From: Candidatus Uhrbacteria bacterium
GTDB taxonomy: Bacteria > Patescibacteriota > Patescibacteriia > UBA9934 > GWF2-40-263
Assembly: GCA_023246355.1 (NCBI GenBank)
Contig: JAHFIQ010000005.1
Span: forward strand, 3,086 to 67,085
Direction of reading: 5' to 3'
DNA: 64,000 nt
Part shown: piece after piece, positions 52,901-63,401 of the stretch
How the letters are laid out: each line of letters begins with the position of its first letter
Numbering within the stretch: position 1 is the stretch's first letter
Notes under the pieces: generated by a model
Told to the model about the DNA's origin: nothing
What the model saw: only the letters and a program-made list of their open reading frames with translations
The model's database searches: none
Translations under genes and position numbers: made by a program

Positions 52901-53800
52901 TCACTTTCCTCTGCTTATTCTTCCTACCACAGATCGGTCGATACCAACAAGCTTAGCGATTTCTGTCGTTAAATATCCGCATCGCAACCGAGCAAAAACA
53001 ATCCCTTCGTTTCGTTTAGTCTTTGTCGTGGCGTCGGCAAAAATTTCCTCAAGAGTCGGTCGACCAACGATCCGTTCTTCTCGACGGTACTCCTTGAGTT
53101 CCTCTACTCCATTCGTTTTCTCCCAAATCCAACTCACGAATTGAGGACTGCCTAAGAGGAAACCGTTTGAAACGTCATCGTAAGGGTTTCTTGCATCAGA
53201 CCCTTCATCGACAAACTGTCGGTACTCTTGCTGGGCTTCCTGTTTTTTTTTCGAAAAATGAGTCAGGAGCCAATCTACGCGCAGCCACTCAGGCGAGGTG
53301 GACGCACCACAGGTTGCACGATAACTACTCCATTTCCATTCTTTTGGGTGTTTTACAAGGTGAGCGCGAACAGGATTCAAAACGATATAACGAGCCACTT
53401 CCAGAAGGTATGTCTCTTTTTCAATGACGAACGCCTTGTATCTACCTTGGAAGAGGTGTCCGACACGTCCGTGTACTGCGTTAAACCACTGAGAGTAGTT
53501 TCCGTTGAGATCTCGCATGGCAATCGCAAGGTTTGCGTCGAGTGTCTCCAAAAGCAAGTGATAGTGGTTTCCCATGAGACAATACGCGTGGCACAGGAGG
53601 TTATGTGTCTTACAAGTATCCTGAAGCCATCTCAAAAATCGACGTCGGTCATGATCGGTCAAAAAAATATCTTGTTTGGCGTTTCCTCGAGCAATGACGT
53701 GATAGAGCGCACCTGGATATTCAATACGTAAAGGTCTTGACATAGATTTTTTAATGATTTGTTTAGTTTCTTCTGGGAACATAAAACCCCCAAAATTCAA
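52901..53800 (-). CDS. REP-associated tyrosine transposase (RAYT; IS200/Y1 HUH family)
   Basis: YHVIARGN...HAYCLMGNHYHLLLE (HuH)...GHLFQGRYKA (catalytic Tyr region). True start is probably MSRPLRIEYPG. Confidence 0.7.
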   Translation of the reverse strand: MNFGGFMFPEETKQIIKKSMSRPLRIEYPGALYHVIARGNAKQDIFLTDHDRRRFLRWLQDTCKTHNLLCHAYCLMGNHYHLLLETLDANLAIAMRDLNGNYSQWFNAVHGRVGHLFQGRYKAFVIEKETYLLEVARYIVLNPVRAHLVKHPKEWKWSSYRATCGASTSPEWLRVDWLLTHFSKKKQEAQQEYRQFVDEGSDARNPYDDVSNGFLLGSPQFVSWIWEKTNGVEELKEYRREERIVGRPTLEEIFADATTKTKRNEGIVFARLRCGYLTTEIAKLVGIDRSVVGRISRGK

Positions 53801-53941
53801 AAGATGAAGTCATGGGGGGATTATTGACACCAACAGTGGGAAATGAAACCCAGTTGCACTCTAACTACATCATTTTTTTCGTTCTGTGTCAATGATTATT
53901 TGTGGATAGATTTACTTCTGGTATCTCTCCTTTTGGAGTTT

Positions 53942-54355
53942 TTACTTGCTGATCTCACTTATTGACGTGACATACCCAAGCTCATCAATATCATTTTCTT
54001 GATAATCAAGTAAAAATATCGAATGGGCGTAAGGATCGGACGTATTGGACTTGAAGTCCTCACTAAATTCTTGATAGCTCATCCTTCGACCATCCAACAA
54101 GGTAACCAATGGAGCTTGATCACCAACTGCCGGATAGAGGATTACAGGTAGGTGCCCATTTTGTTTGAACAAAAAATTCGGAGTTCCCCAAGGTGAGATA
54201 TCAAGACTCACAATTTGCCCTATATTGTCGCCGATGACGATGGTTGGGCTCGTTGGCGCAAGTGTTGGATATATTAGACGGAATGCTGTCCATCCAATGA
54301 TAATACCCAAAAGGCAGAATCCGACCGGCTTGCAACGAGACGAAATTTTGATCAT
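53942..54355 (-). CDS. Hypothetical secreted/membrane-anchored protein (cargo of REP-bounded unit)
   Basis: N-terminal hydrophobic segment. No motif. Confidence 0.35.
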   Translation of the reverse strand: MIKISSRCKPVGFCLLGIIIGWTAFRLIYPTLAPTSPTIVIGDNIGQIVSLDISPWGTPNFLFKQNGHLPVILYPAVGDQAPLVTLLDGRRMSYQEFSEDFKSNTSDPYAHSIFLLDYQENDIDELGYVTSISEISK

Positions 54356-54369
54356 ACAGTTTAGGTTTA

Positions 54370-54430
54370 GGGGTCAGGTCGGGTTATGGACATTCTCTTT
54401 TCCAAAATGTCCATAACCCGACCTGACCCC
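54370..54430. repeat. REP-like perfect hairpin (24-bp stem), second copy
   Basis: Same arms as 52836..52896 with a different 13-nt loop. Confidence 0.75.
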
Positions 54431-54434
54431 ATTC

Positions 54435-56570
54435 TTAGAAATTATACTCAAACACATACACTTGCCCCTCGCCGACACTGCGCCAGTCGTCGGCGGTGGA
54501 CTTGGCGGTTTCGATGATACGAGGCGCCTCCCACCAGTAGCTGTTCACAAGAAAGAAGAGTGTGGTGATGTCGCCATGCTCTGGAACCAAATCAAGAGCT
54601 GACTGTGCGGTCTCTCGGGTTGGTGATTCGTTCATGGCCAAGAATGATTCGTACAGGTCACCACCAGTCGGAATCGGATAGAAAAAGAGATCACCGAAGT
54701 AGCGAAAACCGATTTCGGAAATGGCCGCGGCAGAGACAGATTGATTAGCAAGGGCAATGTAGGGTTGGCCACCAGCGAGTTCTTCGGTGAGATAGACGGC
54801 ATCGATGTCGGCCGAGCTTACGTTGAACCCTCGATTGGTTTCATAGGCATCGCGTCTGGGATAAGCAAGGTAGAGGGAGCTGCCAGAGATGGCGATCAAG
54901 AGCATCAGCACAGACGCCCGCAGCACCAGTGGTTGCGTTTTGAGATTCATGAAGACATGGCCGAGTCCCAAGATAAGATAGGGAGAAAGAAAGAAGATGA
55001 TAAGCGGCACCAAGCGCGCAGCGTAGTTGGTGCGTTCATAATCGATGAGAAATGAAAATTGGAGCGCCGTTTTCATGATGAGATAGTTAACGGTCAGAGC
55101 GATCACGGTGAGCAGAATCGCCCGGAAGCGTCGTGAGAGGTCTTGGTGATATTCCTGCCAGGCGAAGATCACGATGGCGATGACCAGCAGGGTCGCGTTT
55201 AAACCGTAGAGGTACACGAGATCCAACAGAGGTGAAAATCGATTTTCAAAAAACACGTTCAAGTTGAGTTGCGACAGCCACGTCAGTGGGTTCAGGGCGC
55301 TCACATTCACACCGAGATCTTGGTGGGTGACGAGCGCGTTCATCACAAACGAGAGCGGGAGAATCACACAGGCCACTAGGATGAGAAAGCCGCGGACAGC
55401 GCGGTTGGTTTTTGGGGTACCTGGATTGGTGCGGGAAGGATCGGTCGCGAGAAACATGAAATAGAGCAGCCCGGGGATGCCGGCGATGGGGTGAATCAAG
55501 AGCGTGGTCAAGGCGCTCACAAAAAGGACGCGCAGTCGTGGATGTTCTTTTTCAAGAAGATAGGGAACAGAAGCGAGGACAAGTAAGAGTGTCCAGAGAT
55601 TGGCGAGGGCCTGTGGAGTTGTGACAATGAAGTTTGATAGCGGGAGCAGAAATAAACCCATGAGGCTCATCATGGCGATCGAACGTTTGCGGGTGATGTG
55701 AGCGGCGGCAAAAAACCAGGCAGCGGGAAGAAGCAACGTCGTGAGCACAGGAACCAGAAACGTGTCAGCCAGATCAACGGAAATCAGAAATCCATGGTGC
55801 AGGAAGAGGACGAGTACATACTGACCAATGTAATAAAAGGGTTTGGGTGTGATCGTGCCAAATTCGGCGAGGTGGAGTTCGGTGGCTTTGTGGATGAACG
55901 AATCAAATCCAAAACCGAGGGGAAAAACAATGGCCGCGACGCTCAACAACCCAAAGAGGCAGAGGCAAAAAAGCAACAGGGAAAGCGCGCGTTCTTTTCC
56001 ACGAACCAGGAGTCCAAAGATCAGGGCCGACGCAAGAATGAACAACAGAAATACTGAAATGGGCAAACGTTCCCAGACAGATCGGACCGCGTCCACAACT
56101 GGATGTTGTGCGAGCGTCACAAAGAAGAGTGTCAGAAGCAGGAGGATGGCGCTTGTGGTGATGAGCACCATTCGAGGAATGGCATGACGACGTTCATGCC
56201 AAAGATCGTGGACGTGAGCAAACAACGAATGGTGTGTGGCTTTTTTACAAGCCCAGAGCATGAGAGGTGGGGTGAGTAGAATTGTGACCTGGATGACTTC
56301 GGGTGTGACTTTCCAAATGTAGTAGCTTGCGGTGAGTACAAGGATGAGGATCGAAAGCAACGTCCAGACGCCGAGCCACCAACGCAGAATGGCCTTCTCA
56401 GCCTGCGTGATGACACCACCCAGCTCCCAGCCGTAAAATCCAACATAGGCAACAAGCAATATCACGCCAATGCTTTGGTTATTCAAGATGAATGTGTTTA
56501 CGACAAAAGCCGCTAGAAACAGCAGGGCGAAAATGGTAGAGTGAATGCGATGGAACATAAGCTGTTTCAT
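54435..56570 (-). CDS. Large polytopic membrane protein (possible GT-C-type glycosyltransferase; hypothetical)
   Basis: At least 14 TM helices plus a C-terminal soluble domain. No firm motif. Confidence 0.4.
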   Translation of the reverse strand: MKQLMFHRIHSTIFALLFLAAFVVNTFILNNQSIGVILLVAYVGFYGWELGGVITQAEKAILRWWLGVWTLLSILILVLTASYYIWKVTPEVIQVTILLTPPLMLWACKKATHHSLFAHVHDLWHERRHAIPRMVLITTSAILLLLTLFFVTLAQHPVVDAVRSVWERLPISVFLLFILASALIFGLLVRGKERALSLLLFCLCLFGLLSVAAIVFPLGFGFDSFIHKATELHLAEFGTITPKPFYYIGQYVLVLFLHHGFLISVDLADTFLVPVLTTLLLPAAWFFAAAHITRKRSIAMMSLMGLFLLPLSNFIVTTPQALANLWTLLLVLASVPYLLEKEHPRLRVLFVSALTTLLIHPIAGIPGLLYFMFLATDPSRTNPGTPKTNRAVRGFLILVACVILPLSFVMNALVTHQDLGVNVSALNPLTWLSQLNLNVFFENRFSPLLDLVYLYGLNATLLVIAIVIFAWQEYHQDLSRRFRAILLTVIALTVNYLIMKTALQFSFLIDYERTNYAARLVPLIIFFLSPYLILGLGHVFMNLKTQPLVLRASVLMLLIAISGSSLYLAYPRRDAYETNRGFNVSSADIDAVYLTEELAGGQPYIALANQSVSAAAISEIGFRYFGDLFFYPIPTGGDLYESFLAMNESPTRETAQSALDLVPEHGDITTLFFLVNSYWWEAPRIIETAKSTADDWRSVGEGQVYVFEYNF

Positions 56571-57159
56571 TTTACCACGTATGGTGCAACGGGATCCTCA
56601 CGAACTCTATCCTCACGATATTCTTTTGCGTTACACGCTGGTTCCGTTGATTCCACGATTCATCACACCCAATGGCGTGACCGTGTTACGAATGATTTTG
56701 ACGCCCGTGGTCCTGTGGTTTTTGTGGTTGGAACAATTTGCGATTGGCGTTCCGCTTTTTTGGTTCTTGGCGTTTACCGACGCGCTGGATGGTTCTCTGG
56801 CACGCCTCAGAAACCAGATCACGCCCTGGGGGACGTTTTACGATCCGCTCGCGGATAAAATCTTCATTGGATCTGTGGTGCTCGTGGTTGTTGTGAAGCA
56901 TGTGAACATTTTTTTTGGTCTGCTCATTGTGTTGGTGGAGATCTCGATCATTCTTGGAGCCTTTTTTCGCAGACGTCAGGGAAGAATCGTAAGCGCCAAT
57001 TTTTTTGGAAAGACCAAAATGTTTTTACAAGTGCTCGGTGTGACGTTTCTCTTAATCGCCCTGTGGGCAGGATTTGATTTGTTTATTCCACTCTCTGTCG
57101 CGACCTTGTCTTTGGCAATCGTCTTTGCCGTGATTAGTTTATTTACGTATGGTCTCTAA
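56545..57159 (+). CDS. CDP-alcohol phosphatidyltransferase family protein (PgsA-like)
   Basis: DALDGSLARLRNQITPWGTFYDPLADK matches the D-G-x2-A-R-x8-G-x3-D-x3-D motif. Confidence 0.6.
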   Translation: MRWNISCFILPRMVQRDPHELYPHDILLRYTLVPLIPRFITPNGVTVLRMILTPVVLWFLWLEQFAIGVPLFWFLAFTDALDGSLARLRNQITPWGTFYDPLADKIFIGSVVLVVVVKHVNIFFGLLIVLVEISIILGAFFRRRQGRIVSANFFGKTKMFLQVLGVTFLLIALWAGFDLFIPLSVATLSLAIVFAVISLFTYGL

Positions 57160-58714
57160 AATCGTGATGAGTAGTGTCGCCGTCATTTTTTTTCTCGGGA
57201 CACTCATGCTCGTCAATCCTTCCCATCTCTACGTTTCACCTGACGAGACCGCGAACGCATATTTTGCAAATCTGTTTTCGCAGACAGGATCGTTTCAGGG
57301 GACCGTTGATGCCCTGGCATCCGTTCTTGATGGCGGTTTGCATCCCCGCAGCTCTGTCTCCGTTGAAGGTGTGCTTCTTCCAGGATCATTTCTTGGGCTG
57401 CCGTTTCTCTACGGCGCGATCGCGACACTTGTTGGATCATGGGTGTTCTGGATCCTGACGCCGCTGATCACGATTCTCGCCGCGCTTGCCTGGGGGAGAC
57501 TCGTTGAGAAACTCACGAGTCCACTCATCGGTAAACTTTCCTTTGGTTTATTCCTCTTGCATCCAGCCGTGTGGTATTACTCGTCGCGAGGTCTCATGCA
57601 CAACGTGCTGTTTGTCGATTTGCTTGTCCTGTGTGTGTGGCTGTTTTTGGAAAGACCTATCAAGCAAAGGCTTCTGAATGATCTGCTCTCTGGTTTGCTC
57701 TTGGGTCTTGCTCTGTTCGTTCGCACGTCTGAGTTGTACTGGATCGCAGGTGCCGTGCTCCTCGCCGGGCTTTTTTGGTTGAGACAGATTCCTTACAGAA
57801 GAATTTCTCTGGCGTTTCTGGGACTCCTCTGTGGCCTGACTCTCTTGTTCGTCATGAACACCCTCACCTATGGAAGCCCATTGCAAACAGGCTACACCAT
57901 AGGCGCCACGCAGATTCAGGATTTGCAGTCGAGCGATAGTTTGGACGCGCTCACCACTCTTCCATTTGGATTTCATCCCATGAACGCGTGGCGACATATG
58001 CTTGCCTACGGTGTCCAGATGTTTTGGTGGCTCTCTGCTCTCACGTTGCTTGGATTTTTCATTTTGTGTTCACAGAAACACCATCGACGGTCTGTGAGAT
58101 CCAGCCTGTTGATTGCCAGCCTGATTTCGATCTGGCTCGTATTCATGTACGGCAGCTGGGAGATTCACGACAATCCAGACCCGCTGCAGATCACCATGGC
58201 CAACTCGTACGTTCGGTATTGGTTGCCGCTCTACCTGTTTTCAACCCCCATGATCGCTGCGGCGATCGGGTGGATTTCTGAGCGTGGACGATCACGTTTT
58301 GCTCGTGGGACGATCGTGACAGCTCTGTGTCTGCTCGTTTTGGGATTGAACATCCACGCCACGTTTCTTCAAGGAGAAGATGGTCTGATCACGATGCGCC
58401 GGCAATTACAAGAATCTGCCGCCATTCAAGAATCCGTGTTGCGTCTGACGCCTGGGGATGCGGTGATCATCGTGGATCGCGCGGATAAATTGTTTTTTCC
58501 CGAGCGTCGCGTTGTGTATCCTCTGCGTGACGAGGCGACCTATGAGGCTATGCCGGTTCTCGTTTCGCACGTGCCGCTGTATTATTATGGCATCACGTTT
58601 CCGCAGACGGATCTTGACTATCTCAACGATTCAAGACTGAAACGGATGGGTTTACAGATTGAGCTCATACAAACCTACGACCAGGAGTCGCTGTATCATA
58701 TTTTTTCTCCATGA
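57149..58714 (+). CDS. GT-C family glycosyltransferase (ArnT/PMT-like) membrane protein
   Basis: About 11 TM helices. First periplasmic loop has a conserved acidic DE motif (YVSPDETANAYF). Confidence 0.45.
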   Translation: MVSKIVMSSVAVIFFLGTLMLVNPSHLYVSPDETANAYFANLFSQTGSFQGTVDALASVLDGGLHPRSSVSVEGVLLPGSFLGLPFLYGAIATLVGSWVFWILTPLITILAALAWGRLVEKLTSPLIGKLSFGLFLLHPAVWYYSSRGLMHNVLFVDLLVLCVWLFLERPIKQRLLNDLLSGLLLGLALFVRTSELYWIAGAVLLAGLFWLRQIPYRRISLAFLGLLCGLTLLFVMNTLTYGSPLQTGYTIGATQIQDLQSSDSLDALTTLPFGFHPMNAWRHMLAYGVQMFWWLSALTLLGFFILCSQKHHRRSVRSSLLIASLISIWLVFMYGSWEIHDNPDPLQITMANSYVRYWLPLYLFSTPMIAAAIGWISERGRSRFARGTIVTALCLLVLGLNIHATFLQGEDGLITMRRQLQESAAIQESVLRLTPGDAVIIVDRADKLFFPERRVVYPLRDEATYEAMPVLVSHVPLYYYGITFPQTDLDYLNDSRLKRMGLQIELIQTYDQESLYHIFSP

Positions 58715-60111
58715 TGTTTACTCGACTGTTTCAATGCGTCATCGTCACGATCCCGATTCTTCTCTTCGGTTGGCTTTTAACGCAGTGGCTTGTGCCATCG
58801 GGTGTCTTTTTTGTGAGCCACATCGTTGGGGAAGAATCACCGTTTATCGACGAGCTTCAGCCTGGGACTCGTGTCATCGCTCCCCAAGATGGGGCACAAT
58901 CCATAGTTGGTGACCCTGTGTTTTTCTTCGTCCATCCGCATCGCGACTTTGAGCGCATTGTCCTGGAAGTTTGGTTTCAAAATGCATCGGTTCCGATTGT
59001 GGAACTTGGCGCGCTTGTCACGAGCCATCCAGAATCATACGAGCTTTTTCCCCTGCAGAATCGCTTGATCGATGAGTCCTCATGGAGTCGATTGGACGAG
59101 GACGGCATGGTCCTTCTGCAGAGAGAAAAAACGTATGACTCGCTTGCAGATTTTTTTGCAGATCCACCTCTGCGCGATTCCGTGGCGACCTATCGCACGA
59201 CCTTTGACGTTCCGTATCGATTGGCCAATTATCAACCAACCTCCTCTGTGCAAACGATTGATGCCTCTTTGCGTGGTCATCAGGAATTCAAAACATATAT
59301 AAAAAACGAAACGCTGAATTTTACGTTCCACTACATGGACATGAATCGTGATGATGGGGCCGATGTGGTGCGCGTAACTGTTTTTAATGAAGCAGGCCAG
59401 CCCGTTGTCGAGGCGCGAGCCGATGATGATGGCGATGCCGCAGACGATGCGATCGCCACGGGAATGGAAACGCTCGAGCTCACGGCTTCTGGATTGCCGG
59501 AGGGTGTGTACAAGGTGGTCATGGACACCACGCGCGATGTGTTTTTTCGATCGATCAAAACCTCTCAGCAAAAAATCGTCTTTTCGGGATCCGTATTCAT
59601 TGGGGATGAAATTGGGTATCATGAGGTCCCACAAGGAGCCGTGCTGTACACCGAGTCGAATCGTCTCCGATTGCAAACGCGTCACGCAGAAGGTGTGCAA
59701 ACGATTTCAACAGAGACAACGACTTTGGAAATCTTGGAACCCTATGTCTGGTATGTGCTCTCTCTTGATGGACAGGACCTGGACCGCATTGAGATTCCCA
59801 CGGGCGACGTAGAAATCGTGACCGATGGGAAGCTGGCTTTTTCCCCGTCGCAGTATTTTAATCCCGATCCGATCACGCTGAGCGCTTACACTGATCTGGA
59901 TGATGCACACATCGATTACGTCCTTGCACAGTACTCGTCTCCCAGACAAGAAGGGGACTGGTTGGTCGCCGATGTTTCGTTTGACACACAAAAGATCTCC
60001 ACGGAAGATTCGACCTGGAAGTTTAGTTTTTCCACGCCTGGCATTGAGGAATTGGACGCGAGTCTCTTGGTTCATGCGATCAACGCCTGGATGTATCGAG
60101 AAAAATTATGA
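58711..60111 (+). CDS. Hypothetical membrane-anchored protein
   Basis: N-terminal TM then a large soluble domain. Coupled to the upstream gene. Confidence 0.4.
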   Translation: MMFTRLFQCVIVTIPILLFGWLLTQWLVPSGVFFVSHIVGEESPFIDELQPGTRVIAPQDGAQSIVGDPVFFFVHPHRDFERIVLEVWFQNASVPIVELGALVTSHPESYELFPLQNRLIDESSWSRLDEDGMVLLQREKTYDSLADFFADPPLRDSVATYRTTFDVPYRLANYQPTSSVQTIDASLRGHQEFKTYIKNETLNFTFHYMDMNRDDGADVVRVTVFNEAGQPVVEARADDDGDAADDAIATGMETLELTASGLPEGVYKVVMDTTRDVFFRSIKTSQQKIVFSGSVFIGDEIGYHEVPQGAVLYTESNRLRLQTRHAEGVQTISTETTTLEILEPYVWYVLSLDGQDLDRIEIPTGDVEIVTDGKLAFSPSQYFNPDPITLSAYTDLDDAHIDYVLAQYSSPRQEGDWLVADVSFDTQKISTEDSTWKFSFSTPGIEELDASLLVHAINAWMYREKL

Positions 60112-60470
60112 TTTGGAAATCACCCACCTTGCATGCTCTCCCAACACTCTGTAAAACAGGATTCATCGTGTCCATTTCTTCCTATGTTCTTTTTTGGACG
60201 ACCGATCTGCTCGTGCCTGGTTTTGTCTCGCGCTATTTTTCTGTGCATCTTTTTTTGGCGGCTGCCATTGTGACGGGGGTGTGTTGGTCGTTGACGCTCA
60301 AGGAGTATGAAGAACAGCCCTGGCTCCAGCTGCTCGTCGCGATCCTTCTCGGAATCCTCGCCTGTGTGATAGTCTGGAACTCCGGTGAAGATCTGGGAGG
60401 CTATCGGCTGCTTGTGGCTGCTGTTGCCTTGTGTGCCCCCTTGCTCATTCTTCAACTTCTCAAAGAATAA
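60108..60470 (+). CDS. Hypothetical small membrane protein
   Basis: 3-4 TM helices. Confidence 0.3.
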   Translation: MIWKSPTLHALPTLCKTGFIVSISSYVLFWTTDLLVPGFVSRYFSVHLFLAAAIVTGVCWSLTLKEYEEQPWLQLLVAILLGILACVIVWNSGEDLGGYRLLVAAVALCAPLLILQLLKE

Positions 60471-60472
60471 GT

Positions 60473-60880
60473 ATGGATTTTTGCCTCTTTTGTAAAATTG
60501 TTGCTCATGAGATTCCCGCGACGATCTTGTACGAGGATGATTCAACGATCGCGTTTCTGGACATCAATCCCGTGAAGCCTGGTCATACGCTGGTCGTCCC
60601 AAAAGTTCACGGGGCAGATTTCCGTGAGTCTCAGGTGCACGATCTTACGGCGGTCATAGAAACGGCGAAGAAGATCGCCCCAGCGATTTTGAAAACCGTT
60701 GGCGCGCAAGGATTCAATTTTAGCAGTAATGTTGGTGCGGCTGCTGGTCAGGTCATTTTCCACACGCACTTTCATCTGATCCCTCGTCACAACGGCGACG
60801 GACTCGTCAACTGGCCGCACGAAGGGGCAACACAGGAGGAACTTGCGGAACTTGGAAATAAGATTCGCGTTCAGCTATGA
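60473..60880 (+). CDS. HIT family (histidine triad) hydrolase
   Basis: CLFCKIV...HTHFHLIPR histidine triad. Confidence 0.7.
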   Translation: MDFCLFCKIVAHEIPATILYEDDSTIAFLDINPVKPGHTLVVPKVHGADFRESQVHDLTAVIETAKKIAPAILKTVGAQGFNFSSNVGAAAGQVIFHTHFHLIPRHNGDGLVNWPHEGATQEELAELGNKIRVQL

Positions 60881-61416
60881 AGTGGAAAACACTCAACACA
60901 ACAATGATCGAGGGTAATCCATTTGTGCGATTTTTTGTTGACGAGTTTGAAACACCATCCGGAAAGAAAGGGAAGTATTTTTATCATGTCAACGGCAATG
61001 GCGATGGCTTTGTTAGTGTCTTTGTTCAGACACTGAACAACACATTTATCATGACCAACGAATACCGCTACTTATTTGATCGAGTGTCGTTGGGGAATCC
61101 GAAAGGTTCCATTGAACCAAACGAATCGATCGAAGAAGCTGCCATGCGTGAAGTGGTGGAAGAATGCGGGTACAAACCTTCTGAGATTATTTCTTTGGGA
61201 TGGGTTGCCAGTGCGAATGCCATATCAAAAGAACGGATGCATGTTTTCCTTGGGAAGAACCCTGTGAGACTTGGTCAGAAACTCGATGAACTGGAGGACA
61301 TTACCGTTCGCGAAATGACAGTTCGAGAGATCGATGAGGCGATTGCCACGGGGGAAATTTGGGATGGTGCAACAGTTTCTGGCTGGTACAAGGTAAAACT
61401 TTATTTGGGACTATGA
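60877..61416 (+). CDS. NUDIX hydrolase
   Basis: Nudix box GNPKGSIEPNESIEEAAMREVVEECGY. Confidence 0.6.
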   Translation: MKWKTLNTTMIEGNPFVRFFVDEFETPSGKKGKYFYHVNGNGDGFVSVFVQTLNNTFIMTNEYRYLFDRVSLGNPKGSIEPNESIEEAAMREVVEECGYKPSEIISLGWVASANAISKERMHVFLGKNPVRLGQKLDELEDITVREMTVREIDEAIATGEIWDGATVSGWYKVKLYLGL

Positions 61417-62417
61417 AAATTCTCATCACCGGCGGCGCAGGGTTTATGGGAAGCAACATGATTCACTATCTGTTGCGTCAGTATCAAGACGTTCAGATTG
61501 TGAACCTCGACCTGCTCACTTATGCTGGAAATTTGGAAAGTCTTACTGATATTGCTGATGATCCGCGCTATCAATTTGTCAAAGGTGATATTGCCGATCC
61601 GAGGGTGCTCGATCAAGTCGTGCCTGGAGTGGACCTCATCATCAATTATGCGGCCGAGACACATGTAGACCGTTCCATTTTAGATGCCCGCGCCTTTGTG
61701 CAAACAAATGTGAACGGCGTTCATGAACTTCTTGAGGCGGTGAGGCGTCATGGAACTCCTCGCTTTGTGCATATCTCCACCGATGAAGTCTTTGGGGCTG
61801 TCATGGAAGGGGAAAGTACTGAGCAGTCAAAATTTGAACCGCGCTCTCCCTATGCTGCCTCCAAGGCCGCTGGAGATCATCTCTGTCATGCCTATGCCGT
61901 CACCTATGACGTCCCGGTGATTGTGACACACTCGGTGAATTATTATGGCCCGCATCAATTTCCTGAAAAGCTCATTCCGCTGTTTACGATGAATCTGCTC
62001 GAAGGAAAAAAAGTTCCGGTCTATGGCGATGGCATGCAAGTCCGTGAATGGATTTTTACCGAGGATCACTGCCGTGCGATTGATCTGATCGCGCAAAAGG
62101 GAAGACTGGGTGAAGTTTACAATATCGGGACCGGCTATCGCGTGCCAAATATTGAGATCACCAAAAAACTCTTTGTCCTCACAGGTCGTGACGAATCCGC
62201 CATTGACTATGTCGCCGACCGCAGAGGTCATGACAGGCGTTATGCCCTCAATGCAGATAAATTGCGCACAGAGCTCGGTTGGGAGCCGCAGATCGCGTTT
62301 GACCATGGGCTTGCCAAAACTGTTGAGTGGTACCAGACTTGCGGTGAATGGGTGAATCACTGCCGCACAGGAGCGTATAAAGAGTATTACGAAAAGCAGT
62401 ACATAAATCGCGTATGA
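61413..62417 (+). CDS. rfbB: dTDP-glucose 4,6-dehydratase
   Basis: MKILITGGAGFMGSN, YAAETHVDRS, YAASKAAGDHL motifs. ATGA overlap with the upstream gene. Confidence 0.8.
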   Translation: MKILITGGAGFMGSNMIHYLLRQYQDVQIVNLDLLTYAGNLESLTDIADDPRYQFVKGDIADPRVLDQVVPGVDLIINYAAETHVDRSILDARAFVQTNVNGVHELLEAVRRHGTPRFVHISTDEVFGAVMEGESTEQSKFEPRSPYAASKAAGDHLCHAYAVTYDVPVIVTHSVNYYGPHQFPEKLIPLFTMNLLEGKKVPVYGDGMQVREWIFTEDHCRAIDLIAQKGRLGEVYNIGTGYRVPNIEITKKLFVLTGRDESAIDYVADRRGHDRRYALNADKLRTELGWEPQIAFDHGLAKTVEWYQTCGEWVNHCRTGAYKEYYEKQYINRV

Positions 62418-63292
62418 AAATTCTCATTTTTGGAAAAGGCTACATGGGAGGGCGCTGTGCCTCTGTCTGGGGAGAGGAGGCAGTGCACTCCGAGGTGTTT
62501 GTCCACTCTGTGGAAGATGCGCTTAACGAAATCCGTCGGGTACAGCCAGACGCGGTTTTGAATGCCGCCGGTGTGCGTGGGAAACCCAATGTTGACTGGT
62601 GTGAGGATCACCAACGAGAAACGATTCGGGGGAACACACTGCTCCCGATTCTCCTCTCTGAGGCATGTCAGGAAGCAGGCGTGTATCTTCTGCATATGGG
62701 CTCTGGTTGTATTTTCTACGGTGACTCGCATCATGAAGATCGTGCGTGGCGTGAACACGATCATGGCAATCCCATTCCGGTGTACTCACGTAGCAAGTGG
62801 GCGGCAGATCTTGTCCTCTCGACCTTGCCCAATGTCGGCATTGCACGCATTCGGATGCCGATTGACTGGAAGCCAGCGCCAGACAATCTGATCGACAAAC
62901 TTGCTCGCTATCCAAAAGTGATCGACGTGGAAAACTCGGTGACGATCGTGGACGACATGGTGGACGTCTTTCATCAACTGATGGCGCAGCGTGCTTCCGG
63001 TGTGTTTCATGTGACCAATCCTGGCACCGTGAAGCATCGTGAAATTTTAGAGCTGTATCGTGAGCTTGTGGATCCGTCTCATTCTTGTGAGTGGATCGGG
63101 AACGACGACTTGGTTGCACAAGGCCTTGCTACAAAAGGACGATCAAACAATTTTCTTGCGAGTGACAATCTCGTGAACGTCGGCATCCACATGCGACCAG
63201 CCAAGGAATCCCTACGCGATACCATGGAACGGTATGCCTGGGAAAAACGAGGTGGGGGAGGTTGTGGAGATAGCTGCGGGTGTAGCCACTAA
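62414..63292 (+). CDS. rfbD: dTDP-4-dehydrorhamnose reductase
   Basis: RmlD-like MKILIFGKGYMGG...NAAGVRGKPNVDWCE. Follows rfbB with an ATGA overlap. Confidence 0.7.
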   Translation: MKILIFGKGYMGGRCASVWGEEAVHSEVFVHSVEDALNEIRRVQPDAVLNAAGVRGKPNVDWCEDHQRETIRGNTLLPILLSEACQEAGVYLLHMGSGCIFYGDSHHEDRAWREHDHGNPIPVYSRSKWAADLVLSTLPNVGIARIRMPIDWKPAPDNLIDKLARYPKVIDVENSVTIVDDMVDVFHQLMAQRASGVFHVTNPGTVKHREILELYRELVDPSHSCEWIGNDDLVAQGLATKGRSNNFLASDNLVNVGIHMRPAKESLRDTMERYAWEKRGGGGCGDSCGCSH

Positions 63293-63295
63293 GCA

Positions 63296-63322
63296 AAAAC
63301 CGAGCCAGGCTCGGTTTTTGGA
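63296..63322 (+). terminator. Intrinsic terminator
   Basis: aaaaccgagccaggctcggttttt. Confidence 0.6.
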
Positions 63323-63401
63323 TATCTGGTAAGTGCTTGACCGATGTGTCCATTTCTGGTTGAATGCACCCCTTCAGACGTTCGTCTGAAAAGGAGGAGC
63401 T

